64,000 nucleotides of DNA from Squalus acanthias. Lineage: Eukaryota. Position numbers and translations under genes: made by a program. The notes below the pieces were generated by a model. The model did no database searches. It was not told where the DNA came from and worked only from the letters and a program-made list of their open reading frames with translations. Below, one piece after another: positions 1 to 11,399 of the stretch. The DNA is taken from positions 76,634,001 to 76,698,000 of the forward strand of contig CM059432.1 of the NCBI GenBank assembly GCA_030390025.1, in the 5' to 3' direction. Position 1 is the stretch's first letter. Each line of letters begins with the position of its first letter.

Positions 1-68
1 TGGCGGGGCAGGCTCGAGGGGCCAAATGGCCTACTCCTGCTCCTATTTCTTATGTTCTTATGTTCTTA
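1..68 (+). mobile_element. 3' tail of CR1 (HER1-like) LINE
   Basis: GGCTCGAGGGGCCAAATGGCCTACTCCTGCTCCTAT followed by (TTCTTATG)n; same tail ends the CR1 at 19436-20477. Confidence 0.85.
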
Positions 69-79
69 AAGCTTAAAAC

Positions 80-680
80 CTATCAAGATATCATCATCCC
101 ACCATATTGTGTGGCTGCAATCCTGAACCTGCTACAGAAAGCATGTGAAAGAACTTGCCAGGATTCACATGAGGCACCTCGGCAATACCCTGAATGTTAA
201 ATGGCAGAAAAAAGTACCCAAAACTAAAGTTCTGACACGAGCAACACCACCAGCATTCATTCGATGCAGATAAGGGTGCAGCTGTGCTGGATCGGCCATG
301 CAGTGAAAATGGATGAGGGCCAGCTCCCTAAAAAAAACTCTTATGGCAAGCCTGAGGAAGGAAAAGGCACAAGAGGTGACCAGCACTCTCAAACAACATC
401 TGATTACCTGTGGCTATGCCTAAGGAGGACTGAGAGCAATGGATCAGTCAGGCTACTATCCCATTGTTTACAAAGGAACAATACGGTTCAAAACATCAGC
501 AGCTGGCAGCCTAACAACAGAAAAGACTGAAGAGGAAGATTCAGCTGAAAGCTCAGCCTGCTAGTAATGGCAACCGATGCTACAAATTCAGATTTGGCAC
601 CTTTAACATATTAAAACAACTTAGATTTCTGCGCCTGCATCAGCCTCACTAACCATCTGTGTGTGCATGCGCAATGGGAG
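80..680 (+). mobile_element. old degenerate RTE LINE 3' fragment
   Basis: ORF 264-530 contains QLCWIGHAVKMDEGQLPKK..YGK...GKGTRG, resembling the RTE C-terminus (compare HIVRMPDTRLPKQ in the RTE at 2248-2616); boundaries approximate. Confidence 0.65.
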
Positions 681-2247
681 AATGGGAACATGAAACCAAC
701 CTGAGATTTTCTTTAGCATCCTTGTCGGAATTGACAGGGCAATCATCATCACAGGTTCTTTAGCTCACCTCTGTCAACAAAGATTTGTGATGTTTCTCTA
801 ATGTAATTCTTCCAAATGTAGAAAAATTGGTTTGTTGGATATAAATTTAAAGATTGTGGGAGAATTTGCTGTCCTGTCACTTCTGAAACCTAGATCTAAT
901 CCAAACTAATAAGGCAAAAGTTCCCCCTTCCTACCACCTGAGGTGTCCTATTTGAAATGAGGCTGAACAGTTTTAGCCTGATTCCTAGTGGGTATGATGC
1001 ACAACACAAAACGTAATTCAGCATGTGATGGCACTAAATCTCACTCAGGGAGATAATAGAAATGAGTGGTGTGAAAAGTGGAAAAATTGACACCAATATA
1101 AGAGTACCTTTTTGGGGTTAGTACTGAAGTGCGGGTAAATGTTCTGGTCCCAGTGCTAATGTGGCAGGATCCTTGCCAACACTGCACCGAGCCAACCTAA
1201 TTAGCCATGCCTGGCAAGCTTCCAGTTTTGATTGGTCCTAAAACTGGATGGGAATTGTGCAAATCATCAAAAGGCTGCAGGCAATATTTAAAGGGATGCT
1301 GCCTCAATAACCATGTGGCTGCCATTTATGACCCATGTACTTTAGAGAATATAACCGTGCAGTGACATTTGGCAGTCATGTCACGCTAATGTTGCTATTC
1401 AGGGAAAAAGTAAATGAAAGTGCTTGCCATGCTGACTGATGCTTGATACATGTATAAACAGCACATTGGCTGTTACTGCAGCTAATCTCTATGCTAGCCT
1501 GGAAGTGTTAGAAATCAGGGGTGTCCAAAATGTATATGGTTATGCGTTTACATGATTGTATTAGAACTGCAGACTAGTATTAGAATGATTAGATAGATGC
1601 TTAGAATCTGCTTGTGTTTTGGTTCTCTGCGGATGTTATAGCATTCTGCAGTGTGATGGTCATATATAATCTTGCTGTGTCTTAACTCCCTGGTCCCTAT
1701 CCTCCCTGGTACAATTGGTACTAGGCTTGGCTTTGTCCCCTTTCAATTATGAGGCCCAAGCCAGAGCTGTCCCACTTCAGTTGGTCATTAACTCACTTTC
1801 ATATAACAAACTGCTCCATCCTGAGATGGATACCTTTACTCCCCTAAATTCCTTTTATTCTATGTCTTTCTATACTAATTAACTTTTAATTATCTTCACA
1901 AGCAGTTTTGTTAAGCTAACTCCAATTCCTACCTTAGCATTATATCATGGTTATTAGCAATAATAGAAGAAACATAGACATTGAGCCATAGTTGGTCCAA
2001 TTAGAGATACATAAACAAAGTTGAAATCCTAACTTGAAAACAGCAGATAGTTAGCTTGGAAACAAGATTATATATGACCATCACACTGCAGAATGCTATA
2101 ACATCCGCAGGGAATCAAAACACAATCAGATTCTAAGCATTTATCTAATTATTCTAATACTAGTCTGAAGAGACCTTTTGTCTCCAGTTCTAATACTTCT
2201 CTTCTTCTTAGGCAGTCCCTCGGAACCGAGGATGACTTGCTTCCACA

Positions 2248-5200
2248 CTAAAAATGAGTTCTCAGGTGACTGATGAGTCCAATGCGGGACCTACAGTCTC
2301 TGTCACAGGTGGGGCAGACGGTGGTTGAAGGGGCGGGTGGATGGGGTGCTTGGATTGACGTGCGCTCCTTCCGCTGTTTGCGCTTGGCTTCCGCTTGCTC
2401 CCGGCAAAGAGACTCGAGGTGTTCAGCACCTTCCCAGATGCTTCTTTTCCACTTTGTGCGGTCCTGGGCCAGGGATTCCCAGGTGTCGGTGGGGATGTTG
2501 CACTTTTTCAAGAAGGCTTTGAGGGTGTCCTTGAAGCGTTTCCTCTGACCACCTGGGGCTCTCTTGCCGTGCTGTTTTGGGAGTCTCGTATCGGGCATGC
2601 GGACGATGTGGCTCATCTATCGGAGCTGATCGAGCGTGGTCAAAGCTTCGATGCTGGGGATGTTGGCCTGAGCGAGAACACTGACTTTGGTGCGCCTATC
2701 CTGCCAATGGATTTGCAGGATCTTGCGGAGGCAGCGTTGGTGGTACCTCTCCAGTGCTTTGAGGTGCCTGCTGTACATGGTCCATGTCTCTGAAGCATAC
2801 AGGAGGGCGGGTATTACTACTGCTCTGTAGACCATGAGCTTAGTGCTGGGTTTGAGGTCCTGGTCTTCAAACACTCTCTTCCTCAGGCGACCAAAAGCTG
2901 CACTGGCACACTGAAGGTGGTGTTGGACTTCGTCATCGACTTCTGCCCTTGTTGACAGTAGGCTCCCAAGGTATGGAAAGTGGTCCATGTTGTCCAAGGC
3001 CTCGTCGTGGATTTTGATAATCGGGGAGCAGTTCTGTGTGGCGGGGGCAGGTTGGTAGAGGACCTTTGTCTGACGGATGTTTAGTGTAAGGCCCATGCTC
3101 TCGTACGCTTCGGTGAAGGTGTTGACGATGGTTTGGAGTTCGGCCTCAGAGTGTGCGCAGACGCAAGCGCCGTCTGCATACTGTAATTCGATGACAGAGG
3201 ATGGGACGACCTTGGATCTGGACTGGAGGTGACGGAGGTTGAACAGTTTCCCGTTTGTTCTGTAGATTAGCTCCACTCGAGCAGGGAGCTTACTGAGGGT
3301 GAGATGGAGCATTGCAGCCAGGAAGATCGAGAAGAGCGTTGGTGCGATGACAGAGCCTTGCTTGACCCCAGTCCGTACGTGAATTGGGTCTGTGGTGGAT
3401 CTGTTGGTCAGGATCACAGCTTGCATGTCGTCGTGAAGCAGACGGAGGGTGGTGACAAACTTTTGAGGGCAGCCGAATTTGAGGAGGACAATCCATAATC
3501 CCTCATGGTTGACGGTCTCGAAGGCCTTTGTGAGGTCAAAGAAGGCCATGTACAGTGGTTGGTGCTGTTCCCTGCATTTGTCTTGTAGTTGACGCGCGGT
3601 GAAGATCATGTCCATTGTGCCCCTTAGTGGGCGGAATCTGCATTGCGACTCTGGGAGGAGCTCTTCAGCTACTGGGAGAAGGCGATTGAGGAGGATTCTT
3701 GCGATGACTTTCCCTGTGGCAGACAGCAGGGAGACTCCTCTGTAATTACCACAATCGGACTTGTCACCTTTCTTGAAGATACTCACGATTACAGCATCTC
3801 TGAGATCCCCTGGCATGCTCTCCTCCTTCCAAATAAGAGAAATTAGTTAATGTATTCGCGACAATAGTGCTTCTCCGCCATGTTTTAGCGCCTCGGTGGG
3901 GATTCCATCTGCTCCTGAGGCCTTGTTGTTCTTCAGTTGTCGGATGGCCTTTTCAACCTCATGCAGGGCTGGGGTTGAGCTGAGGTGGTGGCGGGTAGCA
4001 TGCTGTGGGATGGAGTTGAGGACACTCGCGTCGAAGACAGAGACTCAGTTAAGAAGATCTTCGAATTGCTCCTTCCAGTGGGCACTGACTGCCTCTCTGT
4101 CCTTGATGAGTACCTCTCCGTTCTTGGCCCGCAGTGGGGTAGGACCTTGGGTGCTTGGGCTGTAGGTGGTCTTGACTGCGCTAAAGAATCCACGCACGTC
4201 GTGGTTGTTGGCTAGCTGCTGGATCTCCTGCGCTTTCTCCACCCACCATCTGTTCTTTAGGTCACGAGCTTTTTGTTGGACCTCGGCCTTCAGGCGTCTG
4301 TAGAGCTGCTTTCTTGCTCTTGAGTTCTTGCGCTTGCGGCTTATTAGCTCCTGGATCTCCTGGTCGTTCTCGTCGAACCAGTCTTGGTGTTTCCTGGTCG
4401 AGTGACCGAGCGTCTCTTCACAGGTGCTGATTATGGAGGGCTTGAGTGCAGACCAGGCACTGTGGACACTCTGTGTCTCTGAATCACTGGGAGTCGTCAG
4501 GTTTGTTGTAAGGCGTAGGCTGAATAGGGCTTTCTTAGTAGGGTCTTTCAGTGCTCCAGTGTTGATTTTCCTGCGGCATTGCTTCTGTTGCCACCGCTGT
4601 TTTGGGGCTACGTTGATGACAGAGCGGTGGTCTGTCCAGCAGTCGTCAGCTCCTGTCATGGCACGTGTGATGCGGATGGCCTTGCGGTCCCTCGCTCGGA
4701 CGATGACATAGTCCAGCAGATGCCAGTGCTTGGAGCGAGGGTGTTGCCATAAAGCCTTGTACTTGTCTCTCTGATGGAACAAGGTGTTGGTTATGACAAG
4801 GCCATGTTCTAAGCATTTCGTCAGGAGGAGGGTACTGTTGGAGTTGGCTTTCCCTACCCCCTCTCTGCCAATCACACCTCCCCAGAGGTCTGTGTCCTTT
4901 CCAACTCTGGCATTGAAGTCGCCAAGGAGGATCAGCTTGTTGCCTGTTGGGACTCGGGACAGGGATTGTTCGAGGCTGGAGTAGAATTCCTCTTTGGTCT
5001 CGTTGTGGCTTCCAGTGTTGGGGCGTACGCACTGATGACCGTAGCGCACTGGTTCCGGGCTAGGGTGAGCCATTGAGTCATGAGGCGTTCGTTTATTCCA
5101 CAAGGGGAGTCTCTGAGATGTTCAACTAGCTCATTTTTTATGGCGAAGCCTACCCATGGAGGCGGTGTTCTTCTTCAGGTTTGCCTTTCCAGAAGAAGGT

Positions 5201-5377
5201 ATAACCACCGCCTTGCTCTTTGAGCTGGCCTTCCCCTGCCCGCCGGGTCTCGCTTAGGGCGGCGATGTCTATGTCGAAACATCTGAGCTCCTGGGCAACG
5301 ATAGCAGTACAGCGTTCTGGTCTGTCGCTGTTGGGGTTGTCCATGAGGGTCCTGACGTTCCAGGTCCCAAACTTCAT
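2248..5377 (-). pseudogene. RTE ORF (AP endonuclease + reverse transcriptase + C-terminal Cys/His motif), frameshifted
   Basis: MKFGTWNVRTL...SETR, LILLGDFNARVG, LLDYVIVR, WTDHR (APE); NYRGVSLL, FFDLTKAF, GVKQGS, LQYADG (catalytic YADD changed to YADG); CPTCDRDC...HLRTH; split over several ORFs. Confidence 0.92.
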
Positions 5378-5704
5378 TTTAAAGGGTGGAAGATGCCTGT
5401 GCATGAATTCCTTTAATGTGGGGTGGCCATTGCACACCAGCTACCACACGGGCTTGACAGAGCAAGGTCTTGGTCCAATGGCAAGGGCATCCAAGACGAT
5501 TGGAGACCAGTCTCTGCTACATCGGCCTAGCATACACACATAAACATACTCCTACTGTCTTCCTCCCTCCTTCCCGCAGGTCCTCTCTGCCTGGGTTTTA
5601 TAGGCTGCAGTGTGGTGCTCCCGACCCCGCTGCTGTTCCACCCTGCGCCACTCCTGTGCCTCAACCTCGCTGCTGGGCTCACTCACTGGAAGGAGACACA
5701 CTAT

Positions 5705-5930
5705 AAGGAGGTCGGGACCCAGGAGCGAGGTCGAGGCCCAGGAGCGAGGTCGAGGCCCATGGGCGAGGACGGGGCCCAGGAGCGAGGTCGAGGCCCAGGA
5801 GTGAGGTCGGGACCCAGGAGCGAGGACGGGGCCCAGGAGCGAGGACGGGACCCAGGAGCGAGGTCGAGGCCCAGGAGCGAGGTCGGGACCCAAGAGCGAG
5901 GACGAGGCCCAGGAGCGAGGACGAGCCCAG
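5705..5930 (-). repeat. ~19-bp GC-rich tandem repeat forming the RTE 5' end
   Basis: about 11-12 units of CCAGGAGCGAGG(T/A)CG(AGGC/GGAC) on the + strand, ending exactly at the TSD. Confidence 0.9.
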
Positions 5931-7029
5931 CAGTTCTAATACAATCATGTTAACACAGCATTATTCGCGTCATAATTTTATTCGCATAACCATATACATT
6001 TTGGACACACCTGATTTCTAACAGAAGGTGTCAGAGGCAGAAAATCTGACGGAGGAGTTGACATCGACTGTCACAGGGCTATCATCCCAAGGTGCAGGTG
6101 AGCTGCAGATGACCGTGTAGCAGATGGCATGGCTCTGAATCTGGCTCCTTGCTGACCTGGGGCAGATGTAGCCAGCTCTCCTTGATCATTGTAAAAGGGA
6201 GGTGCGTTGGACCCTGCAGAGATGCTTGGTGACATAGTGGTAGGTACATTCAGTCGGGCTCTAGCACCTGCTGATCTCTCTGCCATGTCTTTTTTCATCG
6301 TTTGCCATTTCTGTCCTTGCCAGCGATCCCCACAGCCCGTGAATGAATTTTAAAAACCCTGCACATTAAGAAATGTCCAGTGACACTAAGCACAGGAGGA
6401 GGTGCCTGAATGCAGGTCGCATCGGTACTGAACACGGCGCTGGGAAGGTCTAGAGCAGAATAGCGACCAGCTGTCAGTAAAATCCTTTTCAGAAGGGAAT
6501 TGCAAGCACCAAGGGCCAGAAGTGTGCCAACTCAAACTGATCATATTCATATACAGGTGTAGCCAGGTATATGCAATGTATGCAAATGTTTACACATTTA
6601 TCTCCTAGGACGAAAAATCAGCTGCTAAAAGTTGAGTTTGCAGTGCAACAGATGATATGCTGCCCCAAGGGATCTGGCTGGGAAATCACTGTGTTCCATT
6701 AACTGATGTTCTTTTTATTACCTGCCCTAGCTGCAGCTTGTACTTGACACTACTGCTTCATTCCAGGACCAGACACAGTGCTGCAAGTGGGAATTCCTGA
6801 TCTTGCAATAAATCAGGAATTCAAGAGGGAAAGGAGTGCCAAAGTGATCTACAGGGGTTGGGTTGGAAGTAGAGAGTGTCTTTTGGAACTGTTGTGAGGG
6901 TGTTAGAGGGAGAAAGTAGCTCTGCGACCTGGGGGATTAGAAGGGCAAGAGTCTCTGCTTCTGTGGGCTGCCTTTTGGAAGGGGACAGTGCCTCCGTGAA
7001 AGGGGGAAGTTTAATTCATAGGATTCATT

Positions 7030-7907
7030 GGGGGAAAAATTCAGTATCGCCCCGTTTGGGGCGCAATTATCGGCCGGGCGAAAAGATTAGCGCCTGCCGC
7101 TAATTATTGCCTCCGACTACAAACTTGACTTTTATTGCCCCTGGAGGTGATTGGAGCGCTAAATCAGGCGCTACACATCTGTCTTAAGGCGCAAAGGCCG
7201 AGGAGCGAGGCGCTACCTCAGAGCGCTGGCGAAGCTCATGTGCTGTCAGTCAGCAATGGAACACAGACACAATGGCGCCGGCCAGTTCTTAAAGGGGAGG
7301 GTTGATCTTGCTTTCCATCCACATCCTGCTCATTGCAGCCCTGAATCTCAGGCCTGGAGAGACCTGTACATCAAATCTGCTGGAAAGAACAATGGAGAGA
7401 TCCAGGGAAAGAGTTCAGAGTGCAACCCCCACAGTCAAGGAAGGGTAAATCAAAATGAACCTGCAAAGTGCTGCTCAGTACCCAAAACTCCTTCACACAG
7501 TGTTGAATCTCTCCAGAAGTCACTCTCTCTCTCTCTCAGAATGAGTGGTGCAAAAATGTCACCAACGAAAAAAGGCAGAAAGTGGTCGCCTTTAAATAGC
7601 GCTCCCCCAGTCCCTTCCTGACTGCAAAACGCTCCCCACAACCTGTCGTTGCTACCGGCAGGCGGAAAGGCAGGGGGCGCCACTCAATATCCGCTACGGG
7701 GCGCTACCGGGGCGTTGCACACTCGACTGACGTCATGATCCTCCGGCGCAGGAGATCGTGGTGGTAGTGTTTAGCGCCGCCGCAAAATGTCTCGTTAATT
7801 TTGCGAGCGGCGCAAACATCGCCGCGCCCGGGCGCTAGTTTCTTTGCGCCCCATTAGCACCCACTTAAGGCGCTAACGGGAGGCGCAACCAACTGAATAT
7901 TTCCCCC
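7030..7907 (+). mobile_element. non-autonomous PIF/Harbinger element (copy 1)
   Basis: TIRs GGGGGAAAAATTCAG / CTGAATATTTCCCCC; highly similar inverted copy at 52757-53647 with TTT TSD. Confidence 0.85.
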
Positions 7908-8755
7908 ATAGAGTCATAGAGTTATACAGCACAGAAAGAGGCCCTTCGGCCCATCGTGTCTGCGCCGGCCATCAAGCCCTATCTGTTCTAATCCCATTTT
8001 CCAGCACTTGGTCCATAGCCTTGTATGCTATGGCGTTTCATGTGCTCATCTAAATGCTTCTTGAATGTTGTGAGGGTTCCTGCCTCTACCACCCTTTCAG
8101 GCAGTGAGTTCCAGATTCCAACCACCCTTTGGGTGAAAAAGTTTTTCCTCAAATCCCCTCTAAACCTCCTGCCCCTTACCTTGAAACTATGCCCCCTGGT
8201 TATTGACCCCTCTACTAAGGGGAAAAGTTCCTTTCTATCTACCCTATCTATGCCCCTCATAATTTTGTACACCTCAATCAGGTCCCCCCTCAGCCTTCTA
8301 TGCTCTAAGGAAAACAACCCCAGCCTGTCCAGTCTCTCTTCATAGCTGAAGCGCTCCAGCCCAGGTAACATCCTGGTGAATCTCCTCTGCACCCTCTCCA
8401 ATGCAATCACATCCTTCCTATAGTGTGGCGACCAGAACTGCACACAGTATTCCAGCTGTGGCCTAACTAGCGTTTTGTACAGCTCCATCATAACCTCCCT
8501 GCTCTTATATTCTATGCCTCGGCTAATGAAGGCAAGTATCCCATATGCCTTCTTAACCACCTTATCTACCTGTCCTGCTGCCTTCAGGGATCTATGTACA
8601 TGCACACCAAGGTCCCTCTGATCCTCTGTCCTTCCTAGGGTCCTACCATTCATTGTGTATTCCCTTGCCTTGTTAGTCCTCCCAAAATGCATCACCTCAC
8701 ACTTTTCAGGGTTAAATTCCATTTGCCACTGTTCTGCCCATCTGACCAACCCGAC
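7908..8755 (-). mobile_element. CR1 LINE 3' fragment (subfamily with CTCTATGA tail)
   Basis: ORF 7988-8821: WQMEFNPEKCEVMHFG...RDLGV...[15 protein letters not shown]...RGDLIEVYKI...FFTQRVV. Confidence 0.92.
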
Positions 8756-9670
8756 TATTGACTTCTGTTTTGAATATACCCAATGACAGCCTCCACAGCC
8801 CTCTGGGGTAGAGAATTCCAAAGATGCACCACCCTCTGTGTGAAGAAATTTCTTCTCATCTCAGTCCTGAATGACCTACCCTTTATCTTGAGGCTGTGGC
8901 CCCTGGCTCTAGACTCCCCAGATAAGGGAAACATTCTCCCAGCATCCACCCTATCAAGCCCTGTAATAATTTTGTATGCTTCAATGAGATCCCCCCTCAT
9001 TCTTCTGAATTCAAGAGAATACAGGCCTAGTTTACTCAATCTCTTCTCATACGACAGTCCCGCCATCCCAGGAATCAATCTCGTGAACCTTCGTTGCACT
9101 CCCTCTATGGCAAGTATATCCTTCCTTAGGTAAGGAGACCAACATTGTACACAGTACTCCAGGTGTGGTCTCACCAAAGCCCTATATAATTGGAGTAAGA
9201 CTTCTTTACTCCTGTACTCAAATCCTCTTGTAATGAAGGCCAGCGTACCATTTGCCTTCCTAATGGCTTGCTGCACCTGCACATTCACTTTCAGTGACTC
9301 ATGTACAAGGACACCCAGGTCCCTTTGAGCATCTGCATTCCCCAATCTTTCACCATTTAGGAAATACTCTGCCTTTCTGTTTTTTCTACCAAAGTGGATA
9401 ACTTCACATTTATCCACATTATATTCCATCTGCCATGTTCTTGCCCACTCACTGAGCCTGTCGAGATCCCCTTGAAGCCTCTTCACATCCTCTTCACAAC
9501 TGACACTGCCATCTCGCTTTGTATCATCAGCAAATTTGGAAATGTTACATTTAGTCCCCTCATCCAAATCATTGATATAGATTGTGAATAGCTGGGGCCC
9601 AGGCACCAATCCTTGCGGTACCCCACTAGTCACAGCCTGCCATCCTGAAAAAGACCCGTTTATCCCTACT
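8756..9670 (-). mobile_element. CR1 LINE fragment (RT C-half), 3' end missing
   Basis: ORF 8755-9633: [26 protein letters not shown]. Confidence 0.92.
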
Positions 9671-10951
9671 CATTAACCAGTCATTTACAGTAATTGGAAA
9701 ATACTGTGCATCCGCTTTCTTTATTTCTGCATTATTTTTCCAACTTCATGATCTATTGAGTGTTATTTTATCTTTACTTCCAGTTGTGTAGTTTAATCAG
9801 TAAGTGCAGTATTGGCAGGGGAAAGAAAGAAAATAGTCTACACCTCGCTGCTGCAGCCCTTTAAATAATTGCAGTTATACTGATGAATGCCACCTTTGTA
9901 AGTGTGAGCTTTCAGAGGGAGCCCACTCCGAGGGTGGAAGCTCACTATACAGAATTAATTAGCGGCCAAGTTGGAAGTTATGGTGGAACAGCTGTGGCTT
10001 TATGTCGAGTGGACATCCTGCTGTGCACCACTTCCCACCATGGGAGTACCCTTTCCAGAATTTCTACCCTCCTGTTTCTAGGAAAGGAAATTGATCATCA
10101 AGGTTAACCAGCTTGACAATGATCCAAACCAGAACACCATAAAGGTTTTAAATGTCAGTGCAAGTGGTGATTCTCAAAAGGGGCGATTCCAAAAATAAAT
10201 AAACAATGTTTTCCTCTGACTCCATTTTCTTAGTTCCTCTCCACCCACAACTGAAACATTGCAACAGGATCTTTCAACACAAGAGTATAGAAGTGCTCAG
10301 GGCTTCCTGTGTATATCCTGATTGGTTTAAATATCCCAACAGATTTATAAAAGCTATTTTTAGAGCCCATTAATGATTGTGGTTTTTTTTATGCTTTAGA
10401 CAAATGAGGTTAATTAATAAGGGTCTAAAATTCTGAGCCATATCACATTCCTGTCAGTATAGTTTATCATATTGACAATAGAGTTGGCTGCATTACAATG
10501 TGTGCTGAATGCCATCCTTCAACGTTGGGCTTGCACAGCTTGTGAAGTGGTATTGCAGTGATTTTCTTTTTGAATCCTTTAACCATTGAATTGCTCAGTA
10601 AACCACCAAGTACATAAACAAAGTTTTGGTACAGCCTCTGGATTTTATGGAGAATCTTAACCTATAATTTACTTTGAGCTAATGGCATCTTGTTGTTAGT
10701 GCAGCTGATAAACTATTTGCACAGGACTATGGATATCTAAGATGTTTAAAACTGACTCAAATAACATTCAAACATCACTTCTTAAGTATTGGAAGATATT
10801 AGTATAACAAGGCTACTGGCATGAAGTGAATGTGAATGTGCAAGGGTCAAAAGGCTGAGTGATATTTACTAAGTTAGAGTGAAGAAGATTAATGTAGTAT
10901 TTTTCTACTGCACTGTTTTGTTCCCACACATTTCCAATAGTGTGCGATAAA

Positions 10952-11040
10952 TCATCGACCTGAAACGTTAACTCTGTTTCTCTCTCCACAGATGCTGCCA
11001 GACCTGCTGAGTATTGCCAGCATTTTCTGTTTTTATTTAT
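10952..11040 (+). mobile_element. solo fragment of Penelope-like terminal repeat
   Basis: TCATCGACCTGAAACGTTAACTCTGTTTCTCTCTCCACAGATGCTGCC...; matches the 3' end of the Penelope-like element at 24770-24850. Confidence 0.8.
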
Positions 11041-11399
11041 TATTAATGTAAAACCACTAGCCAGCAGCCAACAAAGCTGAAAAAAACAGTAGAATGAGTC
11101 ACCCTGTGGGAAAGATGACCGAATGATTACTTTAAACATTTTTAGCAGCAGAATCAGAGACATAGCAGATGTTTTCCAGTGTAATCCAGTATAGTCCAGT
11201 GCAGAAGCATATTGGTGTAATCCAAGTCTAGTCCAGTGCAGCAACGTAGTCTTGATGTCCAGAGAAGTCAAGGAATTTGGAAACCAAATTTGAGAAGAGC
11301 ATTCAGCAGCTCAATGAGAGAAGCAGAGAGCAGAGGGGTGGGGGATGGGTAATGGCGGTTTAAAATAGCAGTTAACTTGTAGTTAACTTGGAGTCAGGG

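Larger units (their letters stand above)
2197..5930 (-). mobile_element. full-length RTE-clade LINE
   Basis: 12-bp TSD CAGTTCTAATAC at 2185-2196 and 5931-5942; (AAG)n 3' tail; EN and RT coding; GC-rich tandem 5' end. Confidence 0.95.
1506..6023. mobile_element. non-autonomous long-TIR DNA transposon (Ginger-like), interrupted by the RTE insertion
   Basis: Left arm 1506-1674 is the reverse complement of 2063-2196 plus 5943-6023; termini TGTTAGAAATCAGG...CCTGATTTCTAACA; flanking GAAG at 1502-1505 and 6024-6027. Confidence 0.75.

Noticed and set aside
5400..5530. HDV-like ribozyme in the RTE 5'UTR
   Set aside because: A possible P1 (GCAGAG/CTCTGT) is not followed by the GG needed for P1.1; no full fold found by eye.
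5552..5953. Repetitive ORFs and a CRISPR-like look of the 19-bp array
   Set aside because: Head-to-tail repeats with no unique spacers, no cas genes, eukaryotic context; lies inside the RTE TSDs.
6030..6517. Very old Harbinger transposase 5' remnant on the - strand
   Set aside because: Only faint resemblance; no diagnostic motif or TIR pair.
7238..7621. Conserved small protein shared with ORF 53044-53421
   Set aside because: Similarity reflects two copies of one non-autonomous transposon; the frames differ by indels.
11178..11245. Two imperfect ~36-bp direct repeats (GTGTAATCCA...TAGTCCAGTGCAG)
   Set aside because: Small local duplication with no further structure.
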